The notes under the pieces are model-generated. The model saw only the letters and a program-made list of their open reading frames with translations. It was not told the origin of the DNA and did no database searches. From NCBI GenBank assembly GCA_934131005.1, contig CAKOYV010000001.1, forward strand, positions 13,216 through 77,215: a stretch of 64,000 nucleotides of DNA. Reading direction: 5' to 3'. Positions 11,079 through 20,949 of this stretch are shown here, piece after piece; positions within the stretch are counted from its first letter, which is position 1; each line of letters starts with the position of its first letter. This stretch comes from an uncultured Bacilli bacterium (GTDB lineage Bacteria; Bacillota_I; Bacilli_A; RF39; UBA660). The translations under genes were made by a program, and so were the position numbers.

Positions 11079-11864
11079 GATAATTATACCACAATAAAGA
11101 TAAAATATTTTATTTTTTTAAGATTTATTTTCTAAAATATCAATCTATGTTTTAACACCAAATTTTTATTTATATCATCCCTTAATGCATCAATACAATA
11201 AATTCTATTTAAAAACTTTAATAATTAAATTTTTTTAAAAATTTAGAAGGAATTAATCAAGCAAAAACAAAAATGGTAAAAAAGTTATTAGAACAAAAAG
11301 TATCTTATGAAATTATTGCTACCTCTGCTCCTATTTCTGTTAAAAATGTAAAAAGGATAGAAAAATCCATGTAAAATGGAGATTAATTCTATCCTTTTCT
11401 AATTTAAATAACTAATTTTTTTAAAGATAAAGTCAAAGAATATCTAGTTGCACCAATAACAACAAACAATTATACCATTAAAAATTATTGCTACATATCA
11501 ATTTTAAATTATTTATTTTTGTTTTTCCTCTTCGCTAAAACTTTATTAAATTCTATTATTTAACACTCACCATTAACATTCTCATACTCTATATCATCTT
11601 GTTCAAATTCATCATCTCTAAATTTATCAATAATAAAATAAGATAAATCAAAACTGTACTTAAGGTCATTAGAACAATTATAATACATATTTTTATCCCT
11701 AGAAACATTCAACACATCAACCATAAATTTATAATCATCCTCAAGTCTAACTTTATTAGCTATCAAATCTCCATTAATATAATTTCATATTAACGTTATA
11801 TCTACATAAAAATAACCTTCCCCTAACTCAAAATTTTTACTTTCGTTATAACTTATCTACTTTC

Positions 11865-13127
11865 CTATTCCAAAGAATCTCCATCATCATCAGTATTATC
11901 ACTACTAGCATCATCACTACTATCTACTTTATTACTATCATTTTCCTTCAAACTATCTGTTTTCTCAGAATCATCAACCACCTTACTATCCTCTGTCTTA
12001 GTATTATCATTACTAGTAGTACTATCAGATTTTTTAGCTTCTACCTTACTATTATTAGTAGCATTATTATTATTACTTTGCGTATTATTACTCTTATTAT
12101 CAAAACCACTAATTATACTACTCTTAGGTTTAACAAGACTACTTCCTGTATTACTTTGATTATTAATACTATATTTAATTCCACGACAAGCAGGCAATTT
12201 TAAAGAATCTCCACTTCTAGTATGTGTACTAGCAAATTCACTATCTGTCCTATTAAAATATTTATAAGAAATTCTAGTATTATCATCCCAAGTAAGATCA
12301 ACATTATAATATCCATCATCTAATTTAACAATATTCCAAGCATGATCTCCACCACTCTTACCAGTACAATAATAAGTAGGAATACCAAGCTTAATCATTA
12401 TATATTGGAAAGCTCTAGCATACCCTGCACAAACAGTACTACCATTAACTAAAGCACTATAAGCACTCTGATTCATAACAGAATTCTTATCATAACTAGC
12501 AAGTTTAATAATTTCATCATGAACATACTTCTCTTTTGCATAATCACTACTAAGACTACTAGCACCATTAATAATTTTATTAGTACTAGCATTAAATTTC
12601 TGACGCGACTTATTCATATATTTTGTCGTTTGATTAAATTGTAATATAAGTTGAACACATCTACCACTCTTAGTATATTTATAAGAATAACTAGTATTTA
12701 GCCAAAAAAACTCTGGATGATCATTATAAACAGCTTCCATAACACTCTTAGCATCATCAACTGAAACCTCTACCCAAGGTACAAAAACAGTCTTCATATT
12801 AAGAACATTAACATATATTTGCTTATATAATTCCTTATTATTACTAGATAAAAAGCCATAATAAGGATAATAAGTAGTATCAATCTCTCCATCATAACTA
12901 TCTATTCCTGAATCCTTTAAATATTTAAGCTTACTATCTTCAACTAAAATACCATTAGAATTAAGAGTCTTCAAATCACCACTCTTATTACCAAGTGCTA
13001 AAACACTCTTATTAACAATACCTAATAATTGCTTACCAACACTTGATACATCAAAATCATTCTTTAAAAGCACTAAAAAACCAAGAATTATCAATACAAC
13101 TAATAATATTCTTCTTAACATTTTCAC
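11865..13127 (-). CDS. Secreted transglutaminase-like cysteine protease domain protein with a Ser/Asn/Asp-rich tail
   Basis: 420 aa with a signal anchor. Transglutaminase-core pattern VCAGYARAFQYIMIKLGIPTYY...GDHAWNIVKLDDGYYNVDLTWDD (Cys-His-Asp), followed by a low-complexity C-terminus. Confidence 0.6.
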   Translation of the reverse strand: MKMLRRILLVVLIILGFLVLLKNDFDVSSVGKQLLGIVNKSVLALGNKSGDLKTLNSNGILVEDSKLKYLKDSGIDSYDGEIDTTYYPYYGFLSSNNKELYKQIYVNVLNMKTVFVPWVEVSVDDAKSVMEAVYNDHPEFFWLNTSYSYKYTKSGRCVQLILQFNQTTKYMNKSRQKFNASTNKIINGASSLSSDYAKEKYVHDEIIKLASYDKNSVMNQSAYSALVNGSTVCAGYARAFQYIMIKLGIPTYYCTGKSGGDHAWNIVKLDDGYYNVDLTWDDNTRISYKYFNRTDSEFASTHTRSGDSLKLPACRGIKYSINNQSNTGSSLVKPKSSIISGFDNKSNNTQSNNNNATNNSKVEAKKSDSTTSNDNTKTEDSKVVDDSEKTDSLKENDSNKVDSSDDASSDNTDDDGDSLE

Positions 13128-13379
13128 GTTATCTCCTCCATAGACTGCTTACTATTATATCACACTTTTGTAAGTAATATGTCAATTTTTATCACACTTT
13201 TACAAGTAATATTCAAAAACACACTATACTTTTATAATCTTTTTTACTACATTTAAACCAATTTTACTAGAAATAATTTTTAATTAATGCTTTACATCAC
13301 TCCATAAAATTATTAATACATTATTAAAAATACTATTAATTAAAATTTAAATATGATATCATAATATAGGAGGTAGAAA

Positions 13380-13997
13380 ATGAAAAAGAGTAATAAAGGA
13401 GTAACTATTTTTTTAATTATTATTATCATTATTTTAGCAATATTCAATGGACTTATTATTTCAGGAACATTAAATATAAATACTAATAATACAAAATCAA
13501 AAAACACACCAAATAAAATCACAAATAACAGTAATTCCCAAACAACATCAAATGAATATCAATATTCAAAAATGAAAGGATTATATTCTTTTGTAAGTGA
13601 TAACTTTCAAGATGACAATAATGGCGAATATAATGTATCTTACTCATTATATTTATATGAAAATGGTACATTTCGATATAGTTTCTACTATATGGCACCT
13701 CTTGGTTACATTGGTAATTATACAATTGTAGGAAATAAAATTAATTTAAATTTCCTTTTTACCACTAATAGTGGAGCTGGCATTGATGTTACAAATGGAA
13801 ATCACACATTGACTATAAATAATGAAAATGAAATATTAGATAGCAAACAACTTATAAACTCTGTTAATTTAACAGAAATAAAATTAAAAAAACAATCAGA
13901 AGAAAAAGCCAAAGAATATCTAAAAAATGGTGATATCTCAAAATATTTAAATGACTATACAATTGAAAACAATGCATCATATAACAAAGAAAATTAA
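13380..13997 (+). CDS. Hypothetical membrane-anchored or secreted protein
   Basis: 205 aa with RBS aggaggt upstream and an N-terminal hydrophobic helix followed by an Asn/Thr-rich linker. I recognise no family. Confidence 0.45.
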   Translation: MKKSNKGVTIFLIIIIIILAIFNGLIISGTLNINTNNTKSKNTPNKITNNSNSQTTSNEYQYSKMKGLYSFVSDNFQDDNNGEYNVSYSLYLYENGTFRYSFYYMAPLGYIGNYTIVGNKINLNFLFTTNSGAGIDVTNGNHTLTINNENEILDSKQLINSVNLTEIKLKKQSEEKAKEYLKNGDISKYLNDYTIENNASYNKEN

Positions 13998-14072
13998 TTT
14001 TAATATCAATAAAAAAATAGGTTAAGTATTAATCATCATAATATAAAACCTATTTTTTTATTTATTAAACTA

Positions 14073-15323
14073 CTATTCATTAGCTTTTAAACTACTTACC
14101 ATATCTATATTCTCAACCCTTTTAGTCAAATATCTAGATACAACATATGATACTAAATATGTACCAACCGAAGCTACTATATAAGTCCAGAACTGAATAT
14201 GCACCCCAAAATCATAATTTTCATCCAAACAAGCCTTAAACAAATAAGAAGTTAAACTATAACCAAGAGGTAAGCCAATAATAATAGCCACTATACATAT
14301 CCAACTATTTTGCATCATAAATATCTGCCTTATTCTCTTATTATCAAAGCCCAAAACCTTTAAAGTACCGATTTGCCCCCTTTGTGCCATCACCACTCGC
14401 CTCATTGTAGTTATAACTGATAAAAGAGCAATAAACAAAAACAATCCTGAGAATATTCCTACATAAGCTTCTCCCTCATCAATTTCACCATGATACATAC
14501 TATAACTTGTTGTATCCTCAATTGAAATAACTGTCATAGCATTATCAATATTATCATAAATATTCCTCTTAACCATCGCCTCATGAGCCTTATTCTTTAA
14601 AGATACCATTACATAATTAAAAGGCACATAATCCAAATAATTAAAATTAGGCTCTAACTCATTAAACATATCATCTGTAATATCCTGATTCAACTTACTA
14701 GCAACATCATCCCTAACCTGCTTTTTTATAAATCCTTCTATCTGCGTAACAGACATATAAATAAGCCCATAATCCTTATGATTAGACATCATCTGAGATG
14801 CATCTTTAACAAAATAAACATAATCAGATACATAAACAATTCCTAAAACTTTCTTTGAAAATTAATATCCATCATACTTAAAAGATATCTTATCTCCTAC
14901 TTTTATATTATTTTCCTTACAATAAAAGTAATCTACCCAAATACCATTCTTATTCTTATCAAAATAAGTTCCTGAATCAACATAAAATTTACTAATATTA
15001 TTATCATCTATAATTGAAACTAAATATGATTTATCTTCATTTTTACTATCATTCATCGTAAGTTCTAATTTTAAAGACGCATCTTTAATATTTTTTATAT
15101 CATCTAAATCATTATATGTAAACTTACTTCCTAACACATTCATATCTTGCAAATTATTTTTGTGATAAAAATTATTAGCTGTCGCCCTCATTCCATCCGT
15201 ATATGCCTCAATACCAGCATATACCATTACTCCAATTGTAATCATCAAAAGTATAGTAATAAACTGCGATTTATTCCCCCAAATATCTCTCAACATTTTT
15301 CGACTTAACATAATTAACTTCAT
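14073..15323 (-). pseudogene. FtsX/MacB-type ABC transporter permease interrupted by one in-frame TAA
   Basis: ORFs 14862..15323 (N-terminal TM MLRDIWGNKSQFITILLMITIGVMVYAG plus periplasmic domain) and 14073..14792 (FtsX domain GTLKVLGFDNKRIRQIF plus TM helices) are in the same frame. Only the TAA at 14862..14864 separates them. There is no adjacent ATPase gene. Confidence 0.65.
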
Positions 15324-15393
15324 TAAAAAATTAGCCCAATTATTTTGAACTAATTCTTCTAAATATCATTTTATAGTAATTTTAATCACATCA

Positions 15394-16515
15394 TTATTTA
15401 GTGTTTATTAATATAATCGGTACATTCATCTCTTGAATACTAATACCACCATGATCTGCTACATGATAAGAATTAGAACTATTACCTTGAGCATATCTTA
15501 AATTAATATTTCCCTTAGCAATAAGCACATAATCACCTATATAATCATTTATTCTTGAATGTATAACTCCCCTACCTAATAGACCACTCTTTAAAAATTC
15601 ATCATGTTCAAATATTAAAAATTCATCCTTAAAATATTTATTAATATTTTTTAAAAATAGCTCTTTTTTATCTTTTTTTAGAAAAAATGATACAAATCTT
15701 GATTCAATAGATGGTGGTTTAAGCAGACAATCATTTATCTCAGGTATTTCATTTAAATAAATTTCTTCAACATCAACAGCACCATGATCAGCTGAAATAA
15801 TAATTAAAGTATCATCTAATTTCTGGGATAATTTTTTAATATTATCATTCAATTGTTTTATAACTTTCTTAGTGTCATCTCCATCTACACCATTGACATG
15901 AATAGTATGATCAGGATCAGTCCAATATGCTGATACTAAATTTTTATCATTATTATTGCAAGATGATAATATGTTTTCACATAGTTCTTGAAATGTATCA
16001 GCACCATTTGCAACAAAGTTAGGAAATACTTTTTTATATTTAACGTTTTTATTTTTTTTACAAATCTTCTCATAAATCGTTTCATAATTAATATTAGTTT
16101 CAAATACAGAATCAATAACTTTCTTCCTCGTATAAAAATCCTTTCCTGTAAAAAGTTCTAACATACAATCATATTCTCTAAAATACGGCATCCAACCTAT
16201 CCAACCACTTTCGTATGGTGAAATTCCTGAATGAAAAGCCGTTGTCGCTGCTGCAGTTGTAGGTGGAAAAACACTTGTTATATTAGCAACAACATGTTGC
16301 CTTAAAAATGAACTTTTTCTTAAATTTTTCTCCATAATTGATGTACCAAAACAATCTAAAATTAAAAATACTATATTTTTATAATTCTTCTTTAATTCAT
16401 CATCCAATTCTTTTAAAGATGGATAATTAGATTCTAAATTATAATATTTTAATAATGATGACGAAAGAGATAAAATCGATCTATCATAATTGGGATATAA
16501 TATATTTTTCATAAA
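15394..16515 (-). CDS. Alkaline-phosphatase-superfamily protein (nucleotide pyrophosphatase/phosphodiesterase-like)
   Basis: Motifs FLILDCFG, VFPPTTAAATTAFHSG, ISADHGAVD and VADHGGIS match metal- and nucleophile-binding sites of the AP superfamily. The start is probably MFMKN at 16515, because the longer ORF overlaps the upstream gene by 62 nt. Confidence 0.6.
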   Translation of the reverse strand, partial: FMKNILYPNYDRSILSLSSSLLKYYNLESNYPSLKELDDELKKNYKNIVFLILDCFGTSIMEKNLRKSSFLRQHVVANITSVFPPTTAAATTAFHSGISPYESGWIGWMPYFREYDCMLELFTGKDFYTRKKVIDSVFETNINYETIYEKICKKNKNVKYKKVFPNFVANGADTFQELCENILSSCNNNDKNLVSAYWTDPDHTIHVNGVDGDDTKKVIKQLNDNIKKLSQKLDDTLIIISADHGAVDVEEIYLNEIPEINDCLLKPPSIESRFVSFFLKKDKKELFLKNINKYFKDEFLIFEHDEFLKSGLLGRGVIHSRINDYIGDYVLIAKGNINLRYAQGNSSNSYHVADHGGISIQEMNVPIILINTK

Positions 16516-16522
16516 CATTCTC

Positions 16523-18181
16523 CTATCTATATACCATATTATCTGATAATTCCATATTATTATCAAATTGTTTAATTTTATCATATTTCATAATAACTTC
16601 ACTCATTTCTACTATTATATCATCAACTAATTCATTAGTTATATGAACAGACATTGGATAAGCTTTTAATGCCCCAATCTTTATATTTGTATTAGGAAAT
16701 GTATAACTTCTTGAAGATGTATACAAAAAATGCACTTCATTTTTTAACGCCTTTTCTAAAAGATATTTTGAATATTTAACATTATATTCCTTAATTTCTT
16801 CAATCTTATCTACATCAAGCGTTAAAATATCCTCTAGCGAAATCCCAATATATTTGATTGGTAAAATAATAAATAAAGTAGCTAAACCTTCAGTTTCTTC
16901 ATTTATTATAAGAATTCTTTCAAAATTTTTAAGCCTATCCCGAAAATAACAAGCACTAGAAAACATATTAGAAATTATTTTTTGAAAACCATATATACCT
17001 AAAGATTTTAATGTACAAAGAGCTGATAATGATCCCATACATGATCTTGTCAATTCTAAAGTCGAATGATATGGATTATAATTTCCAAAATTCAAGTCTT
17101 CTAAAGGAATATTATCACTTTCACATAAAGTAAAATAATCATCTTTATTCTTAAACAATACAATACTAGATATATATGGACAAAAACCTGTTTTATGAAA
17201 ATCTACACCTATTGAATCAGCATATTTCAAGTGTTTAATTTTAGAATTTAAACTTTTAATTTTTTGTAAATTTCTTCTTTCAATATTTAAAGTATTTTTA
17301 GTAAAATCATACTCGTTAAAGAACAAGTAAACCCAACCTAAAACTGCATCAGCATGAATATGAGGTATGTAAGAAAGAGTAAATTTTTTTACTATTTTTT
17401 TATTTAAATCGTAAATCTTTTTTATATCATCAACAAACAATTCATTTGTACTACCTGCCGTTAAATTATAACCTAAAAATATTTTTCCTTTTTTAATATT
17501 TTCTTCAATAATACTTTCAGTTTGTTCAATATTAATTTGACCAAACTCATCACACTCAATTTCATAACAATTATCAACACCAATACCAAGCCAATTACAA
17601 ACTTCATAATGACAAGGATGACCATTCTTGCTTGTAATCATAAAATAGTTTTTTTTCATTCCACTAGTGGTAACACTACTATCAGCTTTATTTATTGCTA
17701 CCTTAGTTGCATATAAATTTGTTCCTTTTCCACCAAAAGTAAAAGTACCATGTGTTTTTGTGTAATCCCATCCTATTAATTTAGATAAATACTTTGAAAC
17801 TTCTAGTTCTGAACTTATTAATTTTCCAGCATATGTATCTTGAGCAAAATTAGGATTATACATATTAGCAATATTTACTGCAGTCAAAGAAATTAAATTT
17901 ACTGGAGGAATAACATTTATCATTGTACCTGGATTATTCCAATTTGGTATATTTTCAAAATAAGGCGCTATATACTTAAATACTTCATCTTCTTTCATTG
18001 GTTCATAATTTAACTCCTTATTTTCTAATTGCATTTTGAAATTTATCTGATAGTTCCCCTTAAAAAAAGGATATCCAAAGTTATAATATGGTTCTATTTC
18101 CAAATTTAACTTATTCATGTATTGAATAACTTTATCTATATTATTTTTATCATATTTTCCAAAATAATCTTCAACATTCAT
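16523..18181 (-). CDS. PLP-dependent group II decarboxylase-like enzyme
   Basis: 552 aa with fold-type-I decarboxylase features: TSKNGHPCHYEV, HIHADAVLGW and the PLP-lysine motif GVDFHKTGFCPY. Confidence 0.6.
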   Translation of the reverse strand: MNVEDYFGKYDKNNIDKVIQYMNKLNLEIEPYYNFGYPFFKGNYQINFKMQLENKELNYEPMKEDEVFKYIAPYFENIPNWNNPGTMINVIPPVNLISLTAVNIANMYNPNFAQDTYAGKLISSELEVSKYLSKLIGWDYTKTHGTFTFGGKGTNLYATKVAINKADSSVTTSGMKKNYFMITSKNGHPCHYEVCNWLGIGVDNCYEIECDEFGQINIEQTESIIEENIKKGKIFLGYNLTAGSTNELFVDDIKKIYDLNKKIVKKFTLSYIPHIHADAVLGWVYLFFNEYDFTKNTLNIERRNLQKIKSLNSKIKHLKYADSIGVDFHKTGFCPYISSIVLFKNKDDYFTLCESDNIPLEDLNFGNYNPYHSTLELTRSCMGSLSALCTLKSLGIYGFQKIISNMFSSACYFRDRLKNFERILIINEETEGLATLFIILPIKYIGISLEDILTLDVDKIEEIKEYNVKYSKYLLEKALKNEVHFLYTSSRSYTFPNTNIKIGALKAYPMSVHITNELVDDIIVEMSEVIMKYDKIKQFDNNMELSDNMVYR

Positions 18182-18197
18182 TAATAATCACCACTTC

Positions 18198-19031
18198 CTA
18201 TATTTTTAGTTTTTTTCTAACTAAATGTTTTTCATTGTTATATGAATTTAAGTAAAAATCTACTAAATTAGCATAATCTAAAAACAGTTTTTTTACATCT
18301 CCCTCTCTAAAACAAATTATATTTTTCTCTTCATAAGATAAATTCAAATAATTATCAAGTTGAAAATAAATGTGTTTCTCTGGAGTCCAATTATACATTT
18401 TGTAATAGATATAAATAAACTTTATAAAATATTTTCTATATTTATTTATATAATCAAAAGCCTCTGGATTATCAGTATTAATATATTCATGTAATTGACA
18501 ATTAATCTTACTCAACCTATTAGAAAGAATATCTAACCTTTGATATCTTAAAAGATCATCATAAAATGGAAAATATTCTTTTTTAAATAACTCATAATCC
18601 GGAATTTGTCCTAAAATAATTTTATTTCTCATATATACTCCACCCATTAATGATTCAAAATAATCATACCAAGCATTTTTTATTAAAATTTCTCTTTTAG
18701 GAATTAAACCTGGGCAAAGAGTTATATCAAATTTTACATTTTCTAATTGTATATAAAACTCGATTCTTTTGCACATGACATCATCAATAATAGTAGGATT
18801 TTTCTCCGCAAAATTTAGTCCTGTTGTTTGCAATTTTCTACATATTTCCTGTAAATTCATCGAAGAGAAATTACTATTCATTATCAATAAATCTATATCA
18901 GAATTTTTAGTAAACATTTCCTCATTATATGCCGAACCATATACTAAAGCACAATCAATATTAAATAAATTTAAATTATCTAAAAATTCTAAAATCTTAG
19001 ATATTTCATTATAATATTTCTCTATTATCAT
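18198..19031 (-). CDS. Nucleotidyltransferase (Pol-beta superfamily) domain protein
   Basis: 277 aa. N-terminal YGSAYNEEMFTKNSDIDLLIM is the GS...DxD minimal NTase motif. RBS aaggagg lies upstream. Confidence 0.55.
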   Translation of the reverse strand: MIIEKYYNEISKILEFLDNLNLFNIDCALVYGSAYNEEMFTKNSDIDLLIMNSNFSSMNLQEICRKLQTTGLNFAEKNPTIIDDVMCKRIEFYIQLENVKFDITLCPGLIPKREILIKNAWYDYFESLMGGVYMRNKIILGQIPDYELFKKEYFPFYDDLLRYQRLDILSNRLSKINCQLHEYINTDNPEAFDYINKYRKYFIKFIYIYYKMYNWTPEKHIYFQLDNYLNLSYEEKNIICFREGDVKKLFLDYANLVDFYLNSYNNEKHLVRKKLKI

Positions 19032-19279
19032 AAAAACCTCCTTCTTACAAAAAAAGAAAAGGCTAGCACAAAACTTATTAAATAAGCCTGTACTAGCGCT
19101 TTTCTTTAATTGAATTAATTATATTACAATAAATAATATATTTCAACATTTTTTGCACATATAGCATGAAAAAACATAAAATTTAGTTTTAATTTCACTA
19201 TTTTTATTATTTTACTAACAATCAATTATATTTTTATAAATTACTCCATCAAATTTATCCATAGAAAGATAACCTTTTA

Positions 19280-20545
19280 CTAACCAACAACTTCTTTTAT
19301 CTTATCACTAACCCTCATAACAGATGACATATCAGGATTCATAACATATAACTTAACCCCAGGCATTGAATAAGTCTCGCTCATACTACCAACACCTAAA
19401 ACATACTGACGCTCTATCTTAAAACTCTTCATATCATTTAATTGATTCTTTACCAATAAAGCAATCAAATCCCGAGGCATATCTGTTCTATATAAATCAC
19501 TAAATGAATTAAGTAGACTATCATACTTTAAAAGAATACTCTTATCACTCATTATCTTCTCTAAAACAGCCGCTAATACTTGTTGTTGATTTTGCACTCT
19601 ATGTACATCTCCATTACTATAAGCATATCTCTCTCTAGCATACGCTAAAGCTTGCTTACCATTCATATGGTTAATTCCTTTATTAACATTAAAGCCTTTT
19701 ATATGATATGAATCAAAACTCTTATCACTATCTATATCAATACCACCAACTAAATCTACTAACTTAACAATAGATGACATACTAACCTTAATTGAATAAT
19801 CAATCTTTATATTAAATAAATCTTCTGCTGTCTCTCTACTCATATCAACGCCATAAATACCAGCATGAGTAAGTTTATCCTTAACCCCACTAGTACCATG
19901 TAATTGCACATAATAATCCCTTGGAATACTAGTTAATAAAATTGTATTAGTATCAGGATTAACACTAGCAATCATATTAACATCACTTCTAGAATTAGCA
20001 ACTACACCATTACTTCTACTATCACTACCAGATATATATACATTAAAAGCTGATAACTTCTTAACCTCATGACTATTACTCTTATTCTTCTTCTCTACAT
20101 CATAAGAATAAATAATCCTAACAGAAGAATTAAAATCCTTAAACTCTTCTTCTAGCATATCTAAATAACTATCTTCTATAACAATACTGTCTAACCTTTT
20201 ATCCATAAAATAATTATATAACTTACTAATATCATATCCTGAATAATTAGCCTTAACCTTCTTCTTTAATAAAGATAAATACTCATATTCAGAATCCCCC
20301 ACATCAACATAACCTATCTTCTTAGAAGTAATATCTAAAATATTCTTATATTTACTCTCCTTAAGTACAACAACATTATATCTTAAAACTTCTACATTAT
20401 TATTATTAAAACTTTTATTTAAATAACTAATAGTATTACTACCATACCAAATACCTAATATAGATATTATAAATATTAAAACATATATAATAACACTAAA
20501 AAACCTAAATACTCTTCCCTTAGCATGCATAAATATTAATCCCAA
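19280..20545 (-). CDS. LytR-CpsA-Psr (LCP) family cell-wall glycopolymer transferase
   Basis: 421 aa with an N-terminal TM and LCP core GSDSRSNGVVANSRSDVNMIASVNPDTNTILLTSIPRDYYV...DKLTHAGIYG. The listed ORF starts at TTG; the ATG at 20530 is an alternative start. Confidence 0.8.
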   Translation of the reverse strand: MGLIFMHAKGRVFRFFSVIIYVLIFIISILGIWYGSNTISYLNKSFNNNNVEVLRYNVVVLKESKYKNILDITSKKIGYVDVGDSEYEYLSLLKKKVKANYSGYDISKLYNYFMDKRLDSIVIEDSYLDMLEEEFKDFNSSVRIIYSYDVEKKNKSNSHEVKKLSAFNVYISGSDSRSNGVVANSRSDVNMIASVNPDTNTILLTSIPRDYYVQLHGTSGVKDKLTHAGIYGVDMSRETAEDLFNIKIDYSIKVSMSSIVKLVDLVGGIDIDSDKSFDSYHIKGFNVNKGINHMNGKQALAYARERYAYSNGDVHRVQNQQQVLAAVLEKIMSDKSILLKYDSLLNSFSDLYRTDMPRDLIALLVKNQLNDMKSFKIERQYVLGVGSMSETYSMPGVKLYVMNPDMSSVMRVSDKIKEVVG

Positions 20546-20789
20546 TATATTTAAAATAATTAAAAAGAAAGAGAATTATTTAAATATGCAGAAATACCCT
20601 ACTATAAAGTACCTACTCATATTAAAGAAAAAGAACATAATAAATCTGATGGCTTTGAACTTTAAGTAGAATTTAAGCAAGATTTAAGCAAGATAACTCT
20701 AAACAAAAGAGTTATCTTTTTTTGTTAAATTTGATAAATGATTTATTAAAACTTGAGAAAAGTAATGAATCATTTCAAAAATTTAAACC

Positions 20790-20905
20790 AACATGGGTTG
20801 TTCTATGTGATGATCAGCCTATTACAGCTGTATCCAGCTTTTAGGACATGCTACTTCAACAGAAACATTAGAAATATATATTCATTTAATAAAAAAGAAA
20901 TAAAT
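20790..20905 (+). pseudogene. Remnant of a tyrosine recombinase (integrase) C-terminus
   Basis: One plus frame reads IQLLGHATSTETLEIYIHLIKKK*, matching the conserved LLGH...T..Y.H catalytic-Tyr tail. The upstream part is broken by stops. Confidence 0.4.
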
Positions 20906-20949
20906 TCTTATATTGAACCATTTCTTAATTCTCTATTAAATATATAATT

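Noticed and set aside
11079-11560. M-box or other riboswitch upstream of mgtA
   Set aside because: The region is extremely AT-rich. It lacks the conserved GC-containing M-box core and any extended pairing. It holds only a small hairpin (about 11363..11412) and a mobile-element-like fragment.
11560-11766. 68-aa acidic minus-strand ORF
   Set aside because: It has a TTG start, no convincing RBS and no recognisable family, so I cannot support it as a gene. It is left unannotated.
13340-13725. Minus-strand ORFs 13340..13522 and 13519..13725
   Set aside because: They overlap the better-supported plus-strand gene 13380..13997, which has a strong RBS and a signal anchor, and they have antisense-type composition.
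14862-14864. In-frame TAA codons as a sign of stop-codon reassignment
   Set aside because: Every gene end I checked in the window terminates at TAA/TAG/TGA in the normal way, and most use TAA, including highly conserved genes of the expected length. Only two accessory genes have internal TAA codons, which fits pseudogenisation.
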